A stretch of DNA of 64,000 nt from Mobula birostris (taxonomy: Eukaryota). This document shows positions 24,690 to 37,435 of the stretch, piece by piece. The translations under genes were made by a program, and so were the position numbers. Location: NCBI RefSeq assembly GCF_030028105.1, contig NC_092383.1:96805604-96869603 (forward strand), given 5' to 3'. Below the pieces are notes generated by a model. That model did no database searches and was not told where the DNA came from. It saw only the letters and a list, made by a program, of their open reading frames with translations. Each line of letters starts with the position of its first letter. Position 1 is the stretch's first letter.

Positions 24690-27600
24690 AGATGACCATG
24701 AGATCTAGGAGCACAATTAGGCCATTAAGTCTGCTCTGTCATTTCATCATGGCTGATCTATTTTTCCTCTCAGCCTCAATTACTTGCCTTCCCCTTTCAT
24801 GCTCTGCCCAATCAAAAATCTGTCAACCTCTGCCTGAAGTATATATAAAATATTGGCCTCCATGGCCACCTGTTGCAACAAATACCACAGATTCACCACT
24901 CTGTTGCGAAACAAATTCTTCCCCAACTCCATTCGAAAAGGATGCCAATCTATTTCGAGTATGTCCCTTCTGGTCTTCAAAACTCCAACCAGAGAAAAGA
25001 TCTTCTCCATATCCACTCTATCAAGGCCTTTTACCATTTGGTGGGATTTAATTAGGTCATCCCTCATTGTTCTAAATTCCATTAACTACAGGAACAGATC
25101 CATCAAACACTCTTCATATGATAAAGCTGATTTATCCTGGAACAATTTTCATGAACCTCCTTTGTTCCCTCTCCAGTTTCAGCACATCCTTTTTAAGATA
25201 AAGGCCCCAAAACTGCTCACAATACTCCAGGTGTGGTCTCACCAGGGCTTTATGAAGACTAAACATTTTATCCTTGCTTTTATATTGTAGTCCTCTTAAC
25301 GTGAATGCTGACAGACTTAACCTGCAAATTAACCTTTAGGGAATGCTATACAAGGACTCATAAATCTCTCAGCACCTCAGATTTTTGTATTTTCTCTCCA
25401 TTTAGAAAATCGTCAGCCCATTCATTTCTCCTACCAAAGTGCATGACCATGCACGTACCAACACTGTACGCTATCTACCACTTCTTTGCCCATTCTCCTA
25501 ATCTGAGTTCTTCTGTAACTCTATAGTTCCTCAAAACTACCTGCCCTACAGCTATCTTCATATCATATTCAATCTTTGCAACAAAGCCATCAATTCCACC
25601 ATCCAAATCATTGACATATAATGTAAGAAGAATTAGTCCCAACATAGGTCCCTGTGGAAAACCGATAGTCGCTGGCCGCCACCCAGAAAAGGCTCTCTTT
25701 ACTCCCACTTTTTGCCACCTGCCTATCAGCCATTGCTTTCAACATGCACGAATCTTTCTTGTAATACCATGGGCTCATACCTTGTTAAGCAGCCAGATGT
25801 GTGGCACCTTGTCAAAGGCCTTCTGAAAATCCGCGTGAAACACTTTGGTTCCGTCGGCTACGTAAGTCTAGGGAAGACAATCTCCAGCCCCACCAAACGT
25901 GTGAGATTGAGGTGCATGCCGACCCCAAAACCCCGTTTGAGTGGATGCTGCGTGAGCTGTTACCCTGTTACAAATAAGTACCACGAAATAACAGACAGTA
26001 CACTGCATACAATTAAATGATTTAAATTTATATTTTCTTAATTGACTAAAGGGTTCGTAAAGAAAAAGCAAAAAAAAAGAGACGACCCATTTTATTGAAC
26101 AGCCTAATGTGCACAAGTTGGAGCTCACGGTTTCCCCTTCGCTGATCTTCCTTCGATCTCCCTGGGTTTCATCGAATCATGGCCCCGCTCCAGGTCGAGT
26201 CCTACGACCTTTTCTCTCCAGTGTCTTCTCCCTTCATCTCCACCAAACCAAAGACCCAGCTCACACTGGTGTCAGGCACACAACACGAAAACTCACTCCC
26301 TTCATTGGACGGCTCAGATTCCAAAACACCCGTTATCACTAACCATAACCCAAACACTGCTTCTACAGAAAGACCATTACGTGAGCAGTGAACCCTTTCC
26401 CAGGGTGTTACACAAGTTTACAGCATCAACCAATTCTCCCTTGTCTGTCCTGCTCGTTATTTTTTCAAAGAATTCCAACAGATATGTCAGGCCAAAGTTT
26501 TCTTTGAGAAAACTATGCTGACTATGGCATATTTTATTATCTGCCTCCGAGTACCTCGAAAACACATCCTTAACAATCGAATCCAACATCTTCCCAACCA
26601 CTGAGGTCAGACTAATCGGCCTATAATTTTCTTTCTTCTGCTTCTCTCCTTTCTTGAAGAATGAAGTGTCATTTGCAATTTTCCTGTCTTCTGGAACCCT
26701 TAGAGAATCCAGTGATTTTTGAAAGATCATTACTAATGTCTCCACAATCGCTTCAGCTACCTCTATCAGAAACCTGGCGTGTAGACCATCTGTTCCAGGT
26801 GTCTTATCTACCATCAGACCTTTCAGTTTCCCAAGGACTTTTTCTCTACTCGTGGTAACTTTGCACATTACATGACCCCTGATACCTGGAACTTCCACCA
26901 CACTGCTAGATTCTTCCACAGTAAGACTGATGCAAAATACAGTTTGTCTGCCATTTCCTTGTCCCCAATTACAGTATCATTATTCAGTGGTCAATATCCA
27001 CTCTCACCTCTCTTTTACACTTTACGTATCTATATTATGATAACTTTGCCCTTAGGTTTCTTTTACCTTAAGCTCTCTGATCAATTCTGGTTCATTGCAC
27101 AACACCTAATCCGGAATAGCTGATCCCCTACTGGACTCAAACACAAGCTGCTCTAAAAAGCCATCTCGTATGCTAGAAATTCCCCCTCTTGGAATCCTGA
27201 TTTTCCCAATCTACTTGCATATTGAAATCCCTCATGACGACTGTAACATTGCCCTTTTGGCAACCATTTCCCATCTCCCATTATAACTTGTAGACCACAT
27301 CCTTACTGCTGTTTGGATGTCTGTAGATCACACCCATCAGGGTCTTTTTAACCTTGCGGTTCCTTAGCTCTATCCACAATGATTCATTGTCTTCTGAACC
27401 TAAATCACTTCTTTCTCATGATTTAATTTCATTTTTTGCCAACGGAGCCTCGCCACCACCTCTGCCTTCCTGCCTATTCTTTCAATGCATTGTGTAACCT
27501 TCGACATAAATGCAGCTATAATCATCATTCAGCCTGAATTCAGTGATGCCTACAACATCATATTTACCAATCTGTAACTGTGCTACAAGATTATCAACCT

Positions 27601-27760
27601 TATTCCATATTCTGCCTGCATTTAAATATGACACCTTTCGTTCTGTTCCTTAATATATTCTCTCAGGAGCTGAAACTCGTGCACCTGGTGCAGTTGTGTT
27701 TATCTGGGAGACTGGAGGTGTCCCAGACTTCCCACATACCACACAGAATACACTGTCCCT
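24690..27760 (-). mobile_element. Fragmented long CR1-LINE (ORF1 zinc-finger start to ORF2 RT)
   Basis: RT segments KTPGTDGLH..YRPISLTSVVGKML and PQGPMLGLILLTLYVNDLD. ORF1 start TGTGGTATGTGGGAAGTCTGGGAC at ~27740. Confidence 0.85.
25836..26412 (-). mobile_element. Probable solo LTR inserted in a CR1
   Basis: Minus strand TGTAACACCC...GTGTTTCA interrupts CR1 sequence. TSD not clear. Confidence 0.45.
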
Positions 27761-28175
27761 GCAACCATTCTCACTACACTATGTGGATTGTCCAAATCAG
27801 ATTTCATTCTCGGTTGGGGTCTGAGACCTCCTGTCTGTGCTGCCCTCCAGTGTTCACTTGGTGGAAGAACAAGCTGGACCAAGACATCTCAAACACTTTG
27901 GCTATGTTTTTGTTTCTGGCTCCAGTGCAGCAGAACTGCTGAGAATCAGTAACTCAGCTCAATCCTTTGATGGGGGTTTGGAAAGAGAGTACGTACTGTT
28001 CACTGGCACCTTGGATGTGTTCAGGTATCAGTGGACATTACAAGGGCTGGATTGCATCCTGGGCAAGGATGATCATAATTTAATTTGATGTTTTAATTGC
28101 ATAAATATTTGTAAGGAGTGAACTGTGAGCAGTGTAATTATTGTAAATAAACCATTCTTTGCAAAATAAATGTGC

Positions 28176-28486
28176 ACATGTTTGACATAAGGTGAAGCTC
28201 CATCTATGCTGTCCCATCATATTACCAATGCATGGGTTAAGCTGTGTGATGAACTTCTTCCATCGCTCCATGATTCCAGAAGTGGTGTATGCTGGAGCCT
28301 CTCACAGATTCTCCTCCCCTTCACCACCTGAAGCTGGTGGGACGCCCAAGGTCAAGGAGCAGATCCAGCTGAGGTCAAAGGTCTCGGTAATGTTCAGAAC
28401 CATGAGCAACACACACAAGATGCTGTAGGATCTCGAAGGTGTCTATGAAAATGAATAAACCATGATGTATCTTCCTGACACGGGGT
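28176..28486 (-). pseudogene. Degenerate SLAM-type IgC2 pseudo-exon (unit 1)
   Basis: Acceptor cctcAG|ACCCCGTGTCAGGA matches the real exon 3 start. Frames give VLNIT..FDLSWICSLTLG.P / TSFSW / IHHFWNHGAM with stops and frameshifts. The upstream intron (28500-29260) matches 13150-13520. Confidence 0.75.
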
Positions 28487-30198
28487 CTGAGGTTGAGCAG
28501 GAACAATGAAAGATGAGTTAAGCAGATCCTCATGGACACCTCGATTCCCGATTTCTGCATTCCATCCCCAACATTCCCAAGTGAACTTTAAGCCAGTCCC
28601 AGTTCATTTCACCCATCACTTTAACTCTTCCCTCAACCTTCATTTCAGCAGTTGTTGCTGGAGTAAGTTCCCACTTTCCCAACCACGGCCCGCAAACATC
28701 CATAAAAAATCCACAGTGCCTGTTTATGGCTTTGATTCCCAGCGATCTTCTCCGGCCCACATCTGTTGTCACTATTGTAAGTGCAACCTCCAGGTTGAGC
28801 CGGTTGTGAAGAAGGTGAAAGCATTGTTGGTGTTCATTTCTAGAGGTATAGAATATAAGAGCAGGGATGTGATATTGAGGCTCTATAAGGCATTCATGAG
28901 ACCACACTTGGAGTATTGTGTGCGGTTTTGGTCTCCTTCTTTTAGAAAGAATATACTGACATAGGAGAGGGTTCAGAGAAGATTCACGAGAATGATTCCA
29001 GGAATGAAATGGTTACCATATGAGGACCATTGGCAGCACTTGGGCTGTATTCCCTGGTGTTCAGGAGAATGAGGGGGGGATCTCATCGAAACATTGCCTA
29101 CATAAAAAAATCCACAGTGCCCTGTTTATGGCTTTGATTCCCAGCAATCCACTCCAGGCCCACATCGGTTGTCACCATCATAAGTGGTCCCAGTTTCCCT
29201 TCTACACTCAGGTGTGACCCAGCCCAAACCGTGTCTGAATCTGGTCCAGGAGCAGCAGACCCAGGACTGTGATCAGCACCGACTGTGACCAGGACTGTGT
29301 GCAATGCTTCAGTGTGAACCTGGCACTGAGTCACACACCCTCTCCCCTACAGGGACATTCATCTGCTCACAGATTGGGGGTGGAATCAGGAAGTTAATTC
29401 CGATCTGGTGATGTGACACATTCTGAGACGGGAAACAAGGAGCGGAATAGGGGATCAGTCACAGGGACAGGGGCAGGGATGTGGGACAGAGGAGTTAAAC
29501 ATTTACTTTGTGTCTGTTTTAAGGGTAAAGACAAATTAAAACCTGCAAGTATCAGAGAACCAAGAGTCACATGAGAATGAAAAATTGATGGGAATAGGTA
29601 TGATTCAATAAGTCCATTGAAACAGGTTGATGTCGATAAATCCCAAGGACACAATGATCTACATCCCTGTGCTTTAGGAGGAGATGGCAACAGAAATGGG
29701 GTGCTACAGTTATCATCATATGAAGTTCCATAAATTGTGGAATGTTTGTTCTGCATTGGAACAGGAGGGTTTCCCAGACATGAGGCTATGGACAAGAATG
29801 ACAGCTGTCTTATTTGTCAGGCGATTGTGGTAAATGATCTCCACACACAAGGAAGACGAAGCTGACTCGAGGGTCGAGGCGTGTAGGTGTGAGAAGTTGG
29901 AGTGAGGTGGAAACATGGTTGAGATGGAGTTGGGGTTGGCAAAACAGAGAAAAGTTGGAGTGGAGAGGATTCACAGCCACCCACCTCAGCCAAGAGCGAT
30001 GTCTGATCCATCTAGCACTGGGCCAACGTTGAAAGCTCGGGTACGAGCTGAGACATGGCGGCAGGGTCCAGGCTACATCATGTTGATGTGACAGGGCCTG
30101 GTCATCGAGCGATGTTTGGATGATTTAAACACTGAGCCAGATGGATTGAAAAGGCCGTGCGTTGGGTCTGGAGGTGAGTGTCACATGTTTTGTTGCAT

Positions 30199-30573
30199 CA
30201 CTATAGGAAGGATGTGGAAACATTGGAAAGGGTACAGAGGAGATTTACCAGGATGCTGCCTGGTTTGGAGAGTATGGATTATGATCAGAGATTAAGGGAG
30301 CTAGGGCTTTACTCTTTGGCGAGAAGGAGGATGAGAGGAGACATGATAGTGGTGTATAAGATATTATGAGTAATAGATAGAATGGATGGCCAATGCCTGT
30401 TCCCCAGGGCACCACTTCTCAATACAAGAGGACATGAATTTAAGGTAAGAGGTGGGAAGTTCAAGGGGGATATTAGAGGAAGGTTTTTTTACTTGGGGAG
30501 TGGTTGGTGCATGGAATGCACTGCCTGAGTCAGTGGTGGAGCCAGATACACTAGTGAAGTTTGAGAAACAACT
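30199..30573 (+). mobile_element. CR1 internal fragment, unit 1 only
   Basis: YRKDVETLERVQRRFTRMLPG. 22-bp flanking duplication; empty site at ~57894-57915. Confidence 0.85.
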
Positions 30574-30942
30574 AGTGTCGCATGTTTTGTTGCATATTGA
30601 GACTGAGGCTTGGGCCTGCTCCGAGTGGTCCAGGGTTCATGTATGCCAGCTCCGTGACGTTTTGCCCTGCTGTGTGATGAACTGAGGCTGAGGCTGTGGC
30701 CTGCTCCGGATGCTCTCTGGGCTCACTTTCATTCTGAACGCTTTGGCTGCCTTTTATTGTTTGCACGATTGGTGTGTTGTTTCTCTGTCTCTCTCTGCAC
30801 ATTGGGTGTTTGTTGTCGTTCTGTTTTCATGGGTTCTTTTGAGATTCTTGTTTTGTGACTGTCCATAAAGAGATGAATCTCAAGGTTATATAACGTATGC
30901 ACACTTTGATCATACATGTGCTTTGAACTTTGAGGTGTTTGT

Positions 30943-32160
30943 TGTTATGAACCAGCAGCAATGGAGATGAATTTGAGTCGAGTTTTCACAAAATAAACAA
31001 CGACATTTATTAACCAACACACATCAAAGTTGCTGGTGAATGCAGCAGGCCAGGCAGCATCTCTAGGAAGAGGTACAGTCGACGTTTCAGGCCGAGACCC
31101 TTTGTCAGGACTAACTGAAGGAAGAGTTAGTAAGAGATTTGAAAGTGGGAGGGGGAGATCCAAAATGATAGGAGAAGACAGGAGTGGGAGGGATGGAGCC
31201 AAGAGCTGGACAGGTGATAGGCAAAAGGGATACGAGAGGATCACGGGACAGGAGGTCCAGGAAGAAAGACAAGGGGGGGGGCGGAACCCAGAGGATGGGC
31301 AAGAGGTATATTCAGAGGGACAGGGGGAGAAAAAGGAGAGTGAGAGAAAGAATGTGTGTATAAAAATAAATAACAGATGGGGTACAAGGGGGAGGTGGAG
31401 CATTAGCGAAAGCTAGAGAAGACGATGTTCATGCCATCAGGACATTTATTAACCTATGCTCAAAACATCGAAAAGTAAATGAACGACTAACTTAACGGGA
31501 AGTTAACAGTTAGGCGACTGTATCGAACAAACAGTCAAACTTATAAACTGTTCTGAACGAGTTCCCATCCAAGCACAGACTTAAAGTGGTAAATTTAAAA
31601 GTCCATATGATTTATGCAGTCATTAAGGAGAGACTTCCCCGAAACAACGATTCCTTCAAAGTAATGACGAACCTGCCGATCACAGCCGAGAGATGCCTTG
31701 TAAAAAGAAATCACGAAGAAATAAAGGAACTGACCTTTTGACTGGAGGGTGGTCACTACAGAAACCGTCCGGACCTTGTAGGGGTTTCACTCAAATGTGC
31801 ATGTCATAATTCCCGGACAAAAATTCAAAAAGGTCGAACATTCCCAAGACGCTGAACGACATTAACTTTACCCAATCCTTTGAACTTGGATAACTCTGGT
31901 AATGCCTTTAGTCTCTGACACTGGACAGTAAGGGAAAAATAAATCTGCAACAAACATCCGACCAGCAACAACAACGTTGCACTAAAAGTAAAAATGAGAA
32001 CTGCGTCACACTGGCGGACTATGTTTAAATACCGTTTGGAGCATGCTATCACGTGACATCACATCACCCCGCTATCATGAGACCATTAAATCATGACCAT
32101 CACGAGATAATGACATAATGCTTACGAGGTAATTACATCAAGCTCACGGGATGTGTAACA
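30943..32160 (-). mobile_element. Probable solo LTR shared by units 1 and 2 (also 58259-59036)
   Basis: TGTTA...TAACA inverted termini and AATAAA near the minus-strand end. No clear TSD. Confidence 0.45.
31016..31440 (-). mobile_element. Penelope-like element 3' fragment, unit 1 only
   Basis: Same family as 61791-62408. 14-bp TSD gacatttattaacc; empty site at ~58318-58331. Confidence 0.8.
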
Positions 32161-32959
32161 TCGTGAAAGGAGTCAAATAGGGTGGAGTCATAGAGACACA
32201 CAGCACAGAAACAGGCCTTTCGGCCCATCATATCCATGATCACCATCCAACACCTGATCGCACTCGACATGTTTACTTGTGTAATGTCCAGGCTAAGGCC
32301 CTATTTTACTATATTTCTACTGCTATGCTGTGACATATCTTAATTTTAGTAGTTCTTCTACGAGTGTCAAAGTTGTAGTTTCTGCTGAAACCAAATCATA
32401 TTGACCTTAGGCGTATGAAACATATTGAGGGTGGCTTTCTCACCGTTACTCATGCAAAGCTGAGTCACGTGGCTACTAGCCAGAGTTAGCTAACCAGCCA
32501 AGTTTGTTACAACTCACATTTCTGGGGGCTCTTCCGGGATTGGAATGCTGTATGAATGCTGTGTAAGGATTGATTAAGCTGCTTAATTGTCTGTCAAGGA
32601 CAGTGGTTTTTGGTGTGAGATATTTTATTATGGATGCCAAAGAGATTAAGGTCAGGTGCAATGCGATACCAGTGACGCGATTGAAGTCACGTTGGCCGAT
32701 AGAATAGGGGTACCTAGAAAGGCAGGCCATGGCCAGCTCATATCTATAGACATGGAGGGTGAATACTTTAATGGCAAGATGCTGTATTTTCTGTGAAGTG
32801 AGTTGAAGATTTTGTCTGATGTGAAAAGTCTAATAGTTCATTCAGCTGTTAATTTAAGTTCTGAGCTGGTTTCGGCTCTTACATCACTGGTTGCTGAACG
32901 CTAAAGTGTACCTGTGGAGAGCCAAAGTTATTGTAGGCTGAGAATGTTCCCTGTAGTCA

Positions 32960-33558
32960 AACCCACACCCAAGAGGTAATGTTACAGCTATATAGGACCC
33001 TGGTCAGACCCCACTTGGAGTACTGGGCTAGGATCTGGTCTCCTCACTACAGGAAGGATGTGGAAACTATAGAAAGGGTGTAGAGGAGATTTACAAGGAT
33101 GTTGCCTGGATTGGGGAGCATGCCTTATGAGAATAGGTTGAGTGAACCTGGCCCTTTCTCCTTGGAGTGACGGAGGATGAGAGGTGACCTGAAAGAGGTA
33201 TATAAGATGATAAGAGGCTTTGATCGTGTGGATAATCAGAGGCTTTTTCCCAGGGATGAAATGGCTAACACGAGAGGACACAGTTTTAATGTGTTTGGAA
33301 GTAGGTACAGAGGAGATGTCAGGGGTAGTTTTTTACGCAGAGAGTGGTGAGTGCGTGGAATGGGCTGCCGGCGATGGTGCTGGAGGGAGATACGATAGGA
33401 TCTTTTAAGAGGCTCCTGAAAAGGTACATGGAGCTCAGAAAAATAGAGGGCTATAGGTAACCCTAGATAATTTCTAAAGTTAGTACCTGTTCGGCACAGC
33501 ATTGTGGGCTGAAGGGCCTGTATTGTGTTGTAGATTTTCTATGTTTCAATGGTTCTAT
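32960..33558 (+). mobile_element. CR1 3' end at the unit 1/2 junction (again ~59860-60458 at the unit 2/3 junction)
   Basis: RGDLKEVYKMIRGFDRVDNQRL...; the tail abuts the unit start. Confidence 0.9.
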
Positions 33559-35866
33559 GAAAAATTTACAAACCTCCATGTCTATTCTGCTGCCCTATTG
33601 TAGATCTCCATCAGTGTCTTTGGATCTCTCCTACATCCATATCGAAAATCATTAATGTACGTTCAAAATTCAAAGTAAATTTATTATCAATTTACATATA
33701 TGTCACCGTATACAAACATGAGATTAATTCTCTTGAGGGCACACACAGTAAATCCAAGAAACACAATTGAATCAAAGAAACATCGCATCCAACGCACACA
33801 AATAGTGTCCAGCAACAACCCCTATTGGTCAAAACTGGCCATAGGCTTCCAAACACAAAAGCAACAGCCCACTATCACTCTCTGCCTCCTATTACCAAGC
33901 TCACTTTGTAATTAATGTACCAACTTGCTTGGATCCTAGGAGTTTAAACATTTGGACATGCCTTCCACATCCTAGTGAGGTGTAGAAAGCTCGAATGGTC
34001 ATGTGGGTGTATGAGATCACTGGACCAGATCCTGCACAACATGGTCGCTCCCCGTCTATGCTGTATTCCTGCATCGTTTATATTAAATCCCTGTCTCTCG
34101 TTCTCCTCACTTTCCAACAACTCCCTCTCCCTTAAACCCGAGACACATCCATATACTGGGAATCTTGGTCAACACACACTCCATGCTGGAGAAACTCAGC
34201 AGTTCAGGCAGCAGGCAGCCGATTCGTTGACTATTATTCTCCTGCAGAGATGCTGTCTGACGTGCTGAATACTTCCAGCACGTTGTGTGTGTTGTTGCTC
34301 CCTTACACCTTTCCATTTTTCTCCCTCCCTTAAATCCCTGTTCTCCACTGAGTCCCACCTCATAAACATTCCTCATAAATCCAATACCACCCTGAAATCT
34401 TCTCCCCTCCGCCCTCTTCCATCCCTTCCTGATTTCTGGCAGAAGGTTGACAGATTCTCTTGGATCCCCATCTTTCCCCAGTGATAATTCCGCACCCTCG
34501 GTGTGAACCAGTGTTTGAGAACTATTCACTCCAGATGGGAGAGTGGTGAGCATTTGGAAACTGGGCACAGGCTCACATTATTCATTTAATTATTAACTAC
34601 TGTTTGAGTAGCATTAATCAAGGTGATAATCTACAGGGGAACATTCTGACAAAATCTCTTCCACCAGACAAAACTGGAGAGTATTTTTGAACTAACATTC
34701 AACACTTACAAAGCACAGCAGCAAAGAGCAGCCATGCTGTTGTCCCATAGACCTCACCCCTCACTACGACAGTGGGACACAGAGGAAACCTGCATCTCCA
34801 AGCCACCGTCCCACATTCAGATCTCCCTGAGAGTCCGCACCCTCCTTGTGCTGGTGCTGAGGGAGGGACGATCCATCCTAGGCTACAGGATACTGTCCAG
34901 GGGTTCTGTCCTCAGCCCATCCATGGGGGGTCTGGCATGTTGCATCACTGCAGCATACTCAGTGGGATTAGTCTCGGCAACGACCTCCGGACCAGCAAAC
35001 TACAAAAGAAACAGAACCTGTCAGCTCTGGGCGATTTAAGGGAAACAGGGACAGGACACACTGTGTCAGGAATTCTTGGAGACTGGGAAACACAGACAGG
35101 GAAATAGAGTCCAGGACCCATTCAGGGAGATAGAGACCAGAACACAGAGACAGGACCTGGAGACAGCACACAGAGACAAGGAGATACAGACCAGGACCGT
35201 GGGACAGGGAGATACAGATGAGGACACAGAGGCATGGAGATTTAGACAAGGACACAGAAGCAAGGAGATACAGACCAGGACCGGGAGACAAGACACAGAC
35301 AGGGAGATATAGACCAGGACCTAGTAACAGGACATGGAGACTGGAGACAGAGACAAGGACTCTGGAGAGGGGAGACATTGAGACTGGGCACATCGACACG
35401 TGACACATGGACACAAAAGACCTGGACATGCAAAGCGACACACAATGATGGAAACTCAGATCACCCAGTCAGCACCAATCAACTGACAAACAATCATACT
35501 GACCCGGCATCAACACGGTCACACTCTCAGTGCATTCGGAATGAACTCACACACCGCCCATCGACACAAATATTAACACCACGACTGATCATCAGAAATG
35601 CACATACTACTGGGCATAACCTCATGTACAGCGACAGGGTAACCCAGTGACTGGGAGTGTGGGGACAGGGTACCCCAGTGACTGGGAGTGTGGGGACAGG
35701 GTAACCCAGTGACTGGGAGTGTGGGGACAGGGTACCCCAGTGACTGGGAGTGTGGGGACAGGGTAACCCAGTGACTGGGAGAATGAGGGATTGCGTACTC
35801 TGGTGACAGGATGTATGAGACAGGGATCCACAGTGACTGGGTGTGTGGGTACTGTACCCCAGTGAC

Positions 35867-35870
<4 letters not shown>

Positions 35871-35914
<44 letters not shown>
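35871..35914. repeat. (TG)22 microsatellite, unit 2 only
   Basis: Direct read. Confidence 0.95.
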
Positions 35915-35916
<2 letters not shown>

Positions 35917-36300
35917 GCAGTGTATCCTAGTGATTGGATGTGTGGGATATTGTACCCCAGTGACTGGGTGTGTGTGGGACAGTGAACCCCAGTGCTATGT
36001 GTGTGGGGAACAGTGTACCCCAGTGACTGGGAGTATGCGGGACATGAACCTCAGTAACCGGATTTGTGGGGGACAGTGCACTCAGTGACTGTGCGGAGAG
36101 TACAATTGCTGTTAGATCTGCCTGACCAGGCCTGGAGATCACTGAGGCAAAGTTTCAATTGACTCCTCAGTGGTACGTGGGATCTTGCTGTGCCTCCGTG
36201 TGTGCGCTGCTGAGTCCCGCAGTGGTGGTTGGAACGATCTCTGGTGATGGGGACCTGTGGTTGATCCTGGGATTGTGCAGATTACATGTAGGCCTTATGT

Positions 36301-36458
36301 TCAGTCTGCCCCGAGGAGGGTGAGTGACCAGGAGTGGCCTCTTCCCAGGGGTAATGTGTCTGTCATTACCCTGTCATTCCCCTTGGGGGGCTGCCAGACA
36401 CTGCGATTCTTCTGCATCCTCTGAAGATCTGTGTAAATGATGCCTGTCTCCGCTTGGT
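36301..36458 (-). CDS. Gene B exon 5, cytoplasmic tail with ITIM IIYTDL
   Basis: DQAETGIIYTDLQRMQKN...LLGAD*. Total CDS 951 nt, in frame. Confidence 0.8.
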
Positions 36459-36616
36459 CTGTGGGACAGAAAGGAGAGGTGACAGGGTCTGTACTAAAAC
36501 CATTCCCCACTTTATCTGAGCCCTCTTTCCCACCCCTGTTGTCACCTCCCTGCCCAGCCCCTCTCTCTCCCTCCCCCAAATACCAGACTCAACGACAGGG
36601 TGTCAGATCCACTTGC

Positions 36617-36748
36617 CTTCAGTCCCTGAAGTTACTTCCCTTTCCTCAGGTCTTCTCCTCCATGTGAGAGCAAAGATCAGGAGTGTCCCCACCGCTGACA
36701 GTACGATCACCAGGGTCACTGCATCTCCTGCTGCTCTTGTGTTAGGTG
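36617..36748 (-). CDS. Gene B exon 4, stalk plus transmembrane segment
   Basis: PPNTRAAGDAVTLVIVLSAVGTLLIFALTWRRRPEEREVTSGTE. Acceptor cattatAG, donor AAG|GCAAGT, 132 nt. Not in the ORF track; translated by hand. Confidence 0.85.
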
Positions 36749-37150
36749 CTATAATGCAGAGGAGAAAATATTTCCTAATGAGTAAACAGTCTCCTCAAGC
36801 TCAGCCTCCACCTCCCTGACCACTCGATGCCTCAGCCATCCGAAATAATCCTTCCATCCAATCTAATCACTCCCTCCCTCCAGCAACAGTGCACAGTTGA
36901 TTCAGTGTGGACCTTCTGCAAAATGTACTGCAGTTCTTCACCCAGTCTGTGCTGACAAATATGAGCAGAGGCCTGAGTATAAAATACAAAAAATGAAGGT
37001 TGCCGATAAAGTAAATGGTTCTCTACAGTATCCTCTCAAACAGTGTCAGAGTGCTGAATAGATACAAACTGAAGCTCCTCTGTGCTGCCCCATCTCACAC
37101 TCCTGAGACGGGGAGATAACTAAATCCAAACTTCATCCTCTGACACTCAC

Positions 37151-37435
37151 GACGTGTGTCCAGATTACAGACGTCCCCCAGCCGGACCTGTGCGGTGTCC
37201 TCATTGATGGGGTTGCTGGCCTCACACCTGTACACAACATCCTCCATCTCTGCTGTGCAATCAACCTGTATCATCTTTCCGTCTTTCCAGATGTGATGGC
37301 TGCTGTTGTCTCCTGTAACTTCTCCTCTCCACCAATTGAATCTGGAGGGGTTGCCAGAGGTCATGGAGCAGGTCAGGGTGAGGTTACAAGTCCCAGTGAT
37401 GTTCTGAACTGTGATGTTTGCTCCTGACACGGGCT
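37151..37435 (-). CDS. Gene B exon 3, IgC2 domain
   Basis: EPVSGANITVQNITGTCNLTLTCSMTSGNP...YRCEASNPINEDTAQVRLGDVC. 285 nt, phase 1-1. Confidence 0.93.

Larger units (their letters stand above)
7438..33558. repeat. Tandem segmental duplication unit 1 (~26.1 kb)
   Basis: Shared landmark gaaaaatttacaaacctccatgtctattctgc at 7438, 33559 and 60459. Colinear similarity (roughly 90-95% by eye) through genes, introns and repeats. Confidence 0.95.

Noticed and set aside
27667-28360. Apparent plus-strand exon chain (ELKLGAPDAVVFIWETGG...; EAPSILSDHIVNAWVKL...)
   Set aside because: It is the antisense reading of a CR1 ORF1 start and of the IgC2 pseudo-exon, and it has stops in both units.
29220-29335. 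Hydrophobic stretch VLITVLGLLLL resembling a TM or leader exon
   Set aside because: It overlaps sequence homologous to the intron upstream of exon 3, is in the wrong order for a gene, and is frameshifted.
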